Source of the DNA: Dickeya dadantii NCPPB 898
GTDB taxonomy: Bacteria; Pseudomonadota; Gammaproteobacteria; Enterobacterales; Enterobacteriaceae
Assembly: GCF_000406145.1 (NCBI RefSeq)
Contig: NZ_CM001976.1
Coordinates: forward strand, 2,233,543 to 2,265,542
Direction: 5' to 3'
Length of the DNA: 32,000 bases
A program made the position numbers and the translations under genes. Below the pieces are notes generated by a model. It was not told the origin of the DNA, did not search any database, and worked only from the letters and a program-made list of their open reading frames with translations. Positions 19,431 to 27,095 of the stretch are shown here, one piece after another (within the stretch, counting starts at the first letter, position 1; every line of letters starts with the position of its first letter).

Positions 19431-19644
19431 GTTGAGCCTCGCTTGGTAAAAGGTTGGTTTGCCTGTTTATTAACCTCCTGTTTGCGCAGGGATGCAAGAA
19501 AAAAAACGTTTTTTTGGCGGGCGGTCGTCGAGTTATGCATCCGGTTCAGGTAAGGCCGTATGAAACCGGAATCAGGCGGTAAACAGGCGCTACCCGGCCG
19601 TACCGGATAACGCCTCTCCGAAGCCATGTCGGAAAACAAAATTG

Positions 19645-19875
19645 TTATTTACTGTTGGGGTCGTAAGGCAGGGTGGAGAACTGGCGGGACATCTCCCGGT
19701 AATAGCTGACCCTTTCCCGGAAATAGGTGCGCAGGTGCGCGGGCTGCTGCTGTTCGATTTCATCCGGGATCACCGGCATGTTGTAGCGTTCGCGAAACGC
19801 CACGCCGGATGCCGCCAGATCCACATTGACCTTTTCCATTTCTTCATAAGGAAGTTCGGCCAGATTGTATCCCAT
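19645..19875 (-). CDS. holE: DNA polymerase III theta subunit
   Basis: The track ORF extends to 20010. ATG 19875 follows GAGGAGG and gives a 76-aa protein, [36 protein letters not shown]...LRTYFRER.... This aligns with E. coli HolE (76 aa, ...[24 protein letters not shown]...LRSWFRER...). It is divergent from copC, as in E. coli. Confidence 0.85.
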   Translation of the reverse strand: MGYNLAELPYEEMEKVNVDLAASGVAFRERYNMPVIPDEIEQQQPAHLRTYFRERVSYYREMSRQFSTLPYDPNSK

Positions 19876-20036
19876 GATTGCCTCCTCTCTGTTGCGCCAC
19901 AAACTTAAAGCAGAAGTGTGCAATTGGCAAATTCTGTTACTGTCCTGTCCCTCGACAAGGCGGCAGGTGGCTCGTATCCTTGCCGCTGATTCTTGGTCTC
20001 CTGAACGCAATCAGGATCGTCAGAAAGGATAACATC

Positions 20037-20417
20037 ATGTTGAAACGTAAAATTTTTCCGGCCCTGAATGCAGCGGTGTTGGTGGGGAGCCTGGTTATTT
20101 CCCATGCGGCGCTGGCGCATGCGCACCTCAAAAGCCAGACGCCAGCGGCGGATAAGGATATTCCGGTGCAAAACGCGCCTGCTTCTCTGATGCTGTCGTT
20201 CTCCGAAGAGATCGAGCCGGCTTTTAGCGGCGTTGAATTGACGTTGGCGGGGCAGAACGTACCCGTGAGAAAGGCGACCGTGGAAATCGGTCATCGCAAC
20301 GTTCTGTTGGTACCGCTGGAGAAGCCGTTGGTCAGCGGCAGTTATCAGGTTAGCTGGCACGTGTTGTCCGTTGATGGTCACAAGACTGAAGGAAGCTATC
20401 GCTTCGGCGTTAAGTAA
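20037..20417 (+). CDS. yobA: Periplasmic copper-binding protein CopC/YobA
   Basis: The track ORF opens at 19878; ATG 20037 follows AAAGGA. It has a signal peptide ending ...HAALA|HAHLKSQTPAA (mature N-terminal His of the CopC Cu site) and the C-terminal W-HVLSVDGHKTEGSYRFGVK motif shared with E. coli YobA. Confidence 0.9.
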   Translation: MLKRKIFPALNAAVLVGSLVISHAALAHAHLKSQTPAADKDIPVQNAPASLMLSFSEEIEPAFSGVELTLAGQNVPVRKATVEIGHRNVLLVPLEKPLVSGSYQVSWHVLSVDGHKTEGSYRFGVK

Positions 20418-20420
20418 GCG

Positions 20421-21299
20421 ATGACGCTGGAATGGCTTTACACGTTATTGCGCCTCGGACATTTCTCCAGCCTTATGTTGCTGGTCGGTTCAGCTTGTTA
20501 CAGCACGTTGCTGGCTCCCCGAGCGTACCGGGTGCGACTAGCGTCGCAACTGCATGGTCTGATGGCAATCAGCTGTGTGGCGGCGTTATTGACCGCCGTA
20601 GCCATACTGGCGGCGCAAACCGGATTGATGAGTGGCGACTGGCGTAATATCGGTGATGCCGGCATCTGGCGCGCCGTGCTGGGCACTCGCTTCGGGGAAA
20701 TGTGGCTTTGGCAACCCGTACTGGCGCTGATGGCCTGCGCGGTGTTTTTCTGGCGTGGCCATTACCGGCAAGCAGGCGTGCTGATGCTGGGCATAGTGCA
20801 ACTATGCGGCATGGGATGGGTGGGGCACGCGGCGATGCTGGAAGGATGGCCTGGCGTACGGCATGGCATCAATCAGGTCGTGCATTTGCTGTCGGTGACG
20901 TTTTGGGTCGGAGGGCTGCCTCCACTGCTGTTTGTGTTGCAGGATGCGCGTCTGACGCAGACGCGAACGGACGCTATCCTGACGATGATGCGTTTTTCCC
21001 GTTATGGTCACCTGGCCGTTGCATTGGCGATCCTGACCGGGCTGGTGAATACTAGGCTGATTCTCGGCTGGCCGCTTGCGGGTACAGGGCTTTATGGCGT
21101 TCTGCTGGCAGTGAAAGTTCTGCTGGTGGCCGTGATGGCGCTGCTGGCGTTATTCAATCGGTATTGGGTGGTGCCGCGTTTTCAGCGGGCAAATGGCGCT
21201 GCGTATGGTTATTTTCTGCGACTCACCGCAGTGGAACTGGTGTTAGCCGTTCTGATCATCGCGCTGGTCAGCTTTTTTGCCACGCTGTCGCCGGTTTGA
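20421..21299 (+). CDS. yebZ: Inner-membrane copper resistance protein CopD/YebZ
   Basis: 292-aa polytopic membrane protein starting 3 nt after copC. Size and hydrophobic pattern fit the CopD family, and the pairing with copC is conserved. Confidence 0.9.
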   Translation: MTLEWLYTLLRLGHFSSLMLLVGSACYSTLLAPRAYRVRLASQLHGLMAISCVAALLTAVAILAAQTGLMSGDWRNIGDAGIWRAVLGTRFGEMWLWQPVLALMACAVFFWRGHYRQAGVLMLGIVQLCGMGWVGHAAMLEGWPGVRHGINQVVHLLSVTFWVGGLPPLLFVLQDARLTQTRTDAILTMMRFSRYGHLAVALAILTGLVNTRLILGWPLAGTGLYGVLLAVKVLLVAVMALLALFNRYWVVPRFQRANGAAYGYFLRLTAVELVLAVLIIALVSFFATLSPV

Positions 21300-21434
21300 A
21301 TTGTGCGAGAGCGTGAGCGGGAAATATCGTCTGTATTCGTGTTGCACGAGTGGGATAAATGCACCAGGTATATTCTCTAATAACAAACATTGGTAATGAA
21401 AATAATTATCAAATCTTAATTTCGAACATTTTCC

Positions 21435-21453
21435 CATAATGAAAATCATTATC
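21435..21453. promoter_or_regulatory. Fur box upstream of ftnA
   Basis: CATAATGAAAATCATTATC matches the 19-bp Fur consensus GATAATGATAATCATTATC at 17 of 19 positions. It lies ~135 bp upstream of ftnA inside a 280-bp AT-rich region. Confidence 0.65.
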
Positions 21454-21586
21454 ATGACTAAATGATAATACTTTGAATTTATAACAAAATTATTCATTTA
21501 ATGGTTAATGGAATGTTTTAAATTTTATTGTTTGCAGGCATAATGCGAATCCATCAGTCACCTGCCAGTAAAAATAAGGAATGGTC

Positions 21587-22096
21587 ATGTTAAAAAAAGA
21601 AATGATTCAGAAGCTGAATGAGCAGCTTAATCTTGAATTTTACTCCGCCAATTTATACCTGCAGATGAGCGCCTGGTGCGGCGACAAAGGTTTTGAAGGG
21701 GCGTCGACTTTCCTGAAATCGCATTCTCGTGAAGAAATGGAGCACATGCAGCGCCTGTTCGATTATCTGGACGATACCGGCAGCATGCCTGTGCTGGGCG
21801 CAATCGCCGCGCCGCCGGTTGATTTCAGCTCGTTGCAGGATGTGTTCAAGCTGACCTATGAACATGAGCAATTGATCACCAGTAAAATCAATGAGCTGGC
21901 TCATGCAGCCATGACGCTGCAGGATTACTCTACCTTCAACTTCCTGCAATGGTACGTAGCGGAACAGCATGAAGAAGAAAAACTGTTCAAGTCTATTCTC
22001 GACAAGATGGGCATGGTGAATGCTCAGGAAGGCGGACTGTTCTTTATTGATCAGGATCTGAAGAAAATGGCGGCATCCGCCACACCGTCTGCCTGA
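21587..22096 (+). CDS. ftnA: Non-haem ferritin FtnA
   Basis: [31 protein letters not shown]... from ATG 21587 aligns with E. coli FtnA. The ferroxidase ligands are present (E..EEMEH..., [11 protein letters not shown]). Confidence 0.93.
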   Translation: MLKKEMIQKLNEQLNLEFYSANLYLQMSAWCGDKGFEGASTFLKSHSREEMEHMQRLFDYLDDTGSMPVLGAIAAPPVDFSSLQDVFKLTYEHEQLITSKINELAHAAMTLQDYSTFNFLQWYVAEQHEEEKLFKSILDKMGMVNAQEGGLFFIDQDLKKMAASATPSA

Positions 22097-22104
22097 TCAT
22101 TGCT

Positions 22105-22145
22105 GGGCGGCTGGATTATCTGGCTGCCCGGTTTATTGTTATTTT
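22105..22145 (+). terminator. Possible ftnA terminator
   Basis: GGGCGGC (22105-22111) pairs with GCTGCCC (22123-22129) with one G-U pair, followed by a T-rich tract. Confidence 0.45.
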
Positions 22146-22239
22146 CCGCCTGTTTCTCTCGAATATAGATATTATCGATATCGCACCGCATACGGTATAT
22201 TCCCGGTAATTTTCACCGTCATTCTATGTGCCCACAATT

Positions 22240-22315
22240 TCAACGCCATTTCATAATAATACCGTCATTTTATAACAATACCGTCATTTTATAACAACAC
22301 GGTCATTTTATAAAA
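22240..22315. repeat. 19-bp direct-repeat array (core CCGTCATTTTATAACA)
   Basis: Two identical copies ATACCGTCATTTTATAACA sit at 22259-22277 and 22278-22296. A 16/19 copy follows at 22297-22315 and a 13/19 copy precedes at 22240-22258. A further degenerate copy lies at 22213-22231. Confidence 0.85.
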
Positions 22316-22647
22316 ATACGCCAATACTTGTTCTGCCCCCAGGTATGAGTTTCTGTGTATAAACCTTGCCCTCCGTCAGCTTGTAATCATTTTTTCTTCA
22401 CCTGAATATTACTCAGGCATGGTGAGGTAGCCGTTAACCATATGCTCATGCGCCATCGCTGCGGACATTGTGGTTTGGTGAAAGCGGAACGAGCCGGATA
22501 CACGCGATTATTTCGACAGCCGGCGGAATAATCACAGTGTTTCCCGTTGGTCCAGTCTGGGAGTCGCCGATTAGCAATCGGTACGACAAGCCGATATCCG
22601 ACAGGATTAAACGCATTCACCGTATTTCCGCATGAGAGAGCAAACCG

Positions 22648-23388
22648 ATGGCATGGAAAAAAATGACGCGCTATTTATTGTCATTAATGCTGATGATGGC
22701 GTGTTTCCCGGTAATGGCAGGCCAGTCGTTATGCCCTGGTAAATTCCTCAATGACGAAACACCCAATATTCATTATGACGAAGAGATTTGTTTCACTGAA
22801 TTTGTCGTGCTTTATAGTTATGCGAATAAAGCGCCATTAATTTCCGCGCAGCGTTTAACCGCCGAACGGGTCAGAGCCGCGGAGACTATTTCCAGGCGTG
22901 ACTCATTCCATGTTGAGCCATTGATCCCTCGGGCTGTGCGTTCGGCGACTGACGATTACGAGTCCTCAGGGTACGATCAGGGGCATATGACGCCGGCGGG
23001 AGATATGCCAAATTCTCTGGCGCAGCATGAGTCTTTTTCCATGTCGAATATGACGCCGCAGTTGCCGAAACTGAACCGGATATCCTGGCGTAAAATCGAA
23101 GCATCGGTTCGCAAACTGGCGTTGCAGGATGGCGAAATATGGGTGGTGACGGGCGCCGTATTCGGCAGCAAGAGAATCGGCAACGGGGTATCGGTACCGA
23201 CCCTGATTTATAAAGCCATTATTAGCCAGTCAGTCCAACAGGTTTTTGTGGGCGATAACACCACCGGTGTTGTCACCAGCCTGTCGATCAGTGACTTTTC
23301 CACGCGGTATTCCATAGACCCATTTCCAACCCGGCGAATAAATGAAACAGCCCTGAATGGCGGTGAGGACTCCGACAAGCATCGCTAA
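22648..23388 (+). CDS. Secreted DNA/RNA non-specific endonuclease (Serratia NucA / His-Me finger family)
   Basis: 246-aa ORF with a signal peptide MAWKKMTRYLLSLMLMMACFPVMA|GQ. It has the catalytic block GYDQGHMTPAGD (family DRGH motif) and FSMSNMTPQLPKLNRISW (family SNxxPQ...N..W). Confidence 0.85.
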   Translation: MAWKKMTRYLLSLMLMMACFPVMAGQSLCPGKFLNDETPNIHYDEEICFTEFVVLYSYANKAPLISAQRLTAERVRAAETISRRDSFHVEPLIPRAVRSATDDYESSGYDQGHMTPAGDMPNSLAQHESFSMSNMTPQLPKLNRISWRKIEASVRKLALQDGEIWVVTGAVFGSKRIGNGVSVPTLIYKAIISQSVQQVFVGDNTTGVVTSLSISDFSTRYSIDPFPTRRINETALNGGEDSDKHR

Positions 23389-23527
23389 TTTATACGGAGG
23401 TGATGGTGAAACCGATCGGTAACAGCGATCAATTCTAAAAAATTGATCTGTAAAAACGTCTATAAAATAACCGCTTCTGATGCCATGATGTCAACGCTAA
23501 ACGCTAATTTGAACGCCAGGGAAACGG

Positions 23528-23552
23528 CCCACTGAGCAATCAGTGGGTTTTT
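23528..23552 (+). terminator. Rho-independent terminator ~140 nt downstream of the nuclease gene
   Basis: CCCACTGA-GCAA-TCAGTGGG followed by TTTTT. Confidence 0.6.
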
Positions 23553-23756
23553 AGCGAATATCAACCGGTCGATTACCGAACGGCCAATAATAATATTATT
23601 ATTCATTTTCATTGATTGTGATGCCAGACCCGGCGGTTTACTTCAAATGACACCGTACTTCTTGTTCGGCGCCTGTTCACCGGGCATTAGGCTATTCATT
23701 GTCGCCAGTTTCCGCTATTTCGGGTTTGGCACATTATGGCTGTATCCCCCATGACG

Positions 23757-24899
23757 TCACGAAGACGTTGCGGTATCCGGAATTCCACGCACCCTGATTG
23801 GCTCCTTAACGGCGTTTGCGGCGAGGAGGTGTTGAAGGGCGGAGATGGCGGTGTCGGTGAGTTCATGGCCCTTGGTGAGAACCATCAAATCGTTGGTGGT
23901 GCGGATGTCTTCATCCACCACCCAGCCGGGTTTTAATTCGCAAATGCGCACCGTGCGGGTGCCAGCCACGTTGGAGCGGAAATCAACCAACGCTTTGATG
24001 ATGTATTCAGGGATAGCAGGCCGCGCCACGCGCAGGATTTCCCTGGGATGTTCCAGACTTAACCCCCGGGCCGCATGGCGTTCCAGTTCCAGAGCGGCGC
24101 GCAAGAGGTGAGCGCCGCGGATAACTTCTGTTGGGGCGTTGGACGGGGCAGCCCCGGCCTGATGGCGGATGATCTCGGCTACCCGTTCGAGGCGGGGGAT
24201 ATTCTCCACCAGGCGACCGGCGACCTCCGGGTGCTCCTGAAGGAGTTTTTTCTCGTCCTCCGAGAGGTCGCGCTGGGCTGCATCGGCCTGGACGATATCG
24301 GCGGGAATACCCACACAGCCGATTTGGCTCAATGAGGCGGCGATGGTGTATATCCATCCATCGGGCCACTCCAGCTTGGTCAGCGCGTGGCGAACACAAG
24401 ACTGGGCGAAGGCCGCCCGCTGAAAAGCCCATGGAGCAACCATGGCGAGTACTTCAGTCAGTGTCTTGACCGAGGCGGTGAGGGTGGTTTCCAGTAATTC
24501 CTTTTCCGCACAGATGAGACGGTACTGACCAACGGCGTCGTTAAGCGCCGCAACCAGTTCCTCTTTGGGGCACGGTTTGCAGAGGTAGCGAAAGATGGCC
24601 CCTTTGTTGATGGCTGCGATGGAGGATTCCACATCGGCCTGCCCGGTGAGGAGGATACGCACGCTGCCGGGGGAGATTTCTCGCGCTTTGGCGAGGAAGG
24701 TGGCGCCGTCCATGCCAGGCATGCGCATGTCGGACATGATCACGGCAAAACGCTTGCCCCAGCGAACGGCGTCCAGGCCGGCTTCACCGCTGTGAGCCAC
24801 CACGACGTCGAATTCGCCAAAGAGGTTTCGTTCCATCGCAGCGAGTACATTGGGTTCGTCGTCTACGCACAATACCCGGGGTAAGGCAGTTTCAGTCAT
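23757..24899 (-). CDS. Response regulator: REC + degenerate HD-GYP-like (RpfG/HnoD-type) domain + C-terminal extension
   Basis: 380-aa ORF. The REC domain has DDEP...VIMSDMRMPGMDG...LCKP. The output region has the HD-GYP scaffold (..AASLSQIGCVGIPADI...LSEDEKKLLQEHPEVAGRLV...IIRHQ..), but SQ replaces HD, RHQ replaces HHE, and there is no GYP. Its ATG overlaps the upstream gene's stop (ATGACTGA). Confidence 0.85.
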   Translation of the reverse strand: MTETALPRVLCVDDEPNVLAAMERNLFGEFDVVVAHSGEAGLDAVRWGKRFAVIMSDMRMPGMDGATFLAKAREISPGSVRILLTGQADVESSIAAINKGAIFRYLCKPCPKEELVAALNDAVGQYRLICAEKELLETTLTASVKTLTEVLAMVAPWAFQRAAFAQSCVRHALTKLEWPDGWIYTIAASLSQIGCVGIPADIVQADAAQRDLSEDEKKLLQEHPEVAGRLVENIPRLERVAEIIRHQAGAAPSNAPTEVIRGAHLLRAALELERHAARGLSLEHPREILRVARPAIPEYIIKALVDFRSNVAGTRTVRICELKPGWVVDEDIRTTNDLMVLTKGHELTDTAISALQHLLAANAVKEPIRVRGIPDTATSS

Positions 24900-25989
24900 C
24901 GAGAGTTTCCTGAGTGTGGGCGAGCATATCCTGCCACTGTGGCAGTTTGTTCAGCACGCCGGTTTGTTCAAGATAGTTCAGGTCCGGGGCGCTGTTATTG
25001 GCCAGAGCGACCGCTACATGCACCGCACCAATCGCACCAAAGGTTTTATCCGCGGAACGGGAGGGATGTGTTTGACAGGCGACAACTTCCACGATGTCCA
25101 TAGGTAAACCCCACAGCGCCAGCAGATACGCGCCTACTGCGGCGTGTATTGGGGTGTTGTCGCGAGTCGTGGTTGCCTCGTTGTCAGACTCCCTCAGCTC
25201 GGGGATAAGCAGCGCAATGTTAGCGAGTAGGGCCGCGGTCGGCTCCAGTCCCTGATGGCCGGAGATGCTGGCGGCCAGGGTTGAGGCGAGCAGCGCGCGT
25301 TGTTGCAGCCGATCCACATAAGGGTCGAGCTTCGCGTCCGCAAAGACCTGAGACGCCAGAACAAGCAGTTGCACCTGATCCAGACCCAGATGGGTGATGG
25401 CGTTTCCGATGTCATTAATGCGACCGCCTCTGGCGAAATAGGCCGAATTAGCAAGCTGCATAATCTTGGCGCTCAGCGCAGGGTCACTGCCCAGCAGTTC
25501 GGCGATGTGTCGGATATCGCTGCCGGGGTTGGCAATGAGACGGCATACTTCGATGAACACTTTGGGGGACGCCGGCAGCCGGCTGGTGCGGCCTACTATC
25601 TCGACCACCGCTGGGTCCTGGAACATGTCGCGCAGGGCCAGAGCGCTTCCTACCATCTCCAGCAGCACCGTGCTGTCACAGGGTTTGGATACAAACCGGT
25701 GGGCGACGTCCACCATACGCACGGTGGCATCGGGTTCAGAATAGCCGGACAGGATGATGCGTATGGTGCCGGGCCAGCGGTCGCGTACTTGAGTAAGTAA
25801 TTCAGCGCCATCCATGAAGGGCATTCGCATGTCGGATACCACCACGTCGGCCGGCTTTTCCTCCAGCATCGCAAGTGCCTCCTGGCCGCTATTGGCGAAG
25901 CGGCATTCCCATTCGGTGTCTTGCATCATGAGGGCCCGCTCAATACCGGAGAGCACCCGACTTTCGTCATCGACGAACATCACTTGCAT
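24892..25989 (-). CDS. Response regulator: REC + HDOD domain
   Basis: The REC domain has FVDDES...VVVSDMRMPFMDG...VSKP. The HDOD features are LPASPKVFIEVCRLIANPGSDIRHIAELLGSDPALSAKIMQLANSAYFARGGRINDIGNAITHLGLDQV and ...HAAVGAYLLALWGLPMDIVEVVACQTHP. ATG 25989 is preferred over the track's TTG 25998. It overlaps the kinase gene by 10 nt. Confidence 0.85.
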   Translation of the reverse strand: MQVMFVDDESRVLSGIERALMMQDTEWECRFANSGQEALAMLEEKPADVVVSDMRMPFMDGAELLTQVRDRWPGTIRIILSGYSEPDATVRMVDVAHRFVSKPCDSTVLLEMVGSALALRDMFQDPAVVEIVGRTSRLPASPKVFIEVCRLIANPGSDIRHIAELLGSDPALSAKIMQLANSAYFARGGRINDIGNAITHLGLDQVQLLVLASQVFADAKLDPYVDRLQQRALLASTLAASISGHQGLEPTAALLANIALLIPELRESDNEATTTRDNTPIHAAVGAYLLALWGLPMDIVEVVACQTHPSRSADKTFGAIGAVHVAVALANNSAPDLNYLEQTGVLNKLPQWQDMLAHTQETLDD

Positions 25990-27095
25990 GCGGGGCAATC
26001 CTCTTTGTGGCAGTGAAGGGGCAGTTGCAGGATGAATGTCGTCCCCACGCCGTCTTCAGACTCGCAACGGATCAGCCCGTCATGTTTGTCCACCACGGTC
26101 GAATAGACAATCGCGAGCCCCTGACCCGTGCCTTTGCCTACTGCCTTGGTCGTGAAGAAGGGATCGAAAATGCGGTCGCGGATCCCCGCAGGAATGCCGC
26201 CTCCGTCGTCTTTGACTCGGATCTCCATATACTCGCCGTCCCGCGCCGCGGATATGATGATGCGCCCTTTCTCCCGGATGCCTTCCTGGATGGTATCAGC
26301 GATGGCATGGGCGGCGTTCACCACCAGATTGATAATGGCCTGGCCGATCATGTCGCGCAGACACGGCAGTTGCGGCAAGTCGTCCTCGAAGCTGGTTTCA
26401 AGTTCCGCTACGTATTTCCATTCGTTGCGGGCGACGGTCACCGTGGTGTTGATGACCTCGCGCACATCCACCAATTCCTTCTCGCTGTGAGAGGGGTGGG
26501 AGAATTCCTTCATGGCGGCCACGATCTTGGCGATATGACCAAGTCCTTCCAGCGATTCGTCTAAGGCGTTTGGGATCTGGCGGCGCAGAAAATCCAGTTT
26601 AGTGCGCTTGAGAACGGCGTCGAACTCCGCCATCACGGGCTCATCAGCCATTTTCCCGCGTGCGGCATCGGCCAACGCCAGCGCGGAGTCCAACAGGCTT
26701 AGCAGGGAAACGGTGGCCGTTTTAACGAAACCCACATTGTCGGAAACGTACTGGGTTGGCGTGTTGATCTCGTGGGCGATACCGGCGGCGAGCTGGCCGA
26801 TGGATTCCATCTTCTGAGCCTGTAGTAACTGAGCCTGGGTGAAGCGCAACTCGGTCAGCGTTTTTTCTAACTCCTGGCGCTCGTTCTCTAACTCCAGGGT
26901 CTTGCGGGCGACCACCTTCTCCAGACCCACGTTTTGCTCCAGGATGGCAAAAGGCGTAGCGTGGCTGTGTCTGGCTTCTTGTGCGATGCGGCGCTTGAGG
27001 ACTTCGATGGTCTTGTCCCGGGCGGTGAGCTTGCGCTGGTATTCGGCGGTGGACAAACCGCTGGCGGACGCTTCGGAAAATGTTCCTTCAGTCAA
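25980..27095 (-). CDS. Soluble histidine kinase (coiled coil + HisKA + HATPase_c) without its own sensor domain
   Basis: It has an H-box [11 protein letters not shown], an N-box [11 protein letters not shown]1 DDGGGIP and G2 GTGQGLAIV. There are no TM segments and no PAS or GAF domain, and the ~100 aa N-terminus is heptad-like. The preferred start is TTG 27095 (GGAGGA 7 nt upstream, TTGACTGA overlap with the FIST stop); the alternative is TTG 27110. Confidence 0.85.
   Translation of the reverse strand: MTEGTFSEASASGLSTAEYQRKLTARDKTIEVLKRRIAQEARHSHATPFAILEQNVGLEKVVARKTLELENERQELEKTLTELRFTQAQLLQAQKMESIGQLAAGIAHEINTPTQYVSDNVGFVKTATVSLLSLLDSALALADAARGKMADEPVMAEFDAVLKRTKLDFLRRQIPNALDESLEGLGHIAKIVAAMKEFSHPSHSEKELVDVREVINTTVTVARNEWKYVAELETSFEDDLPQLPCLRDMIGQAIINLVVNAAHAIADTIQEGIREKGRIIISAARDGEYMEIRVKDDGGGIPAGIRDRIFDPFFTTKAVGKGTGQGLAIVYSTVVDKHDGLIRCESEDGVGTTFILQLPLHCHKEDCPACK

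Noticed and set aside
19427-19639. 70-aa minus-strand ORF between holE and the small basic ORF
   Set aside because: It has a TTG start with no SD, no homology-like features, and overlaps the likely promoter and SD of the 38-aa ORF.
22387-22620. 77-aa minus-strand ORF in the nuclease upstream region
   Set aside because: It has no SD, an implausible composition and no motifs, so the region is treated as non-coding leader.
23403-23438. 11-aa ORF (MVKPIGNSDQF) right after the nuclease stop, with a GGAGG
   Set aside because: The SD-to-ATG spacing is only 2 nt and the peptide is too short to support. It is not a credible nuclease inhibitor.
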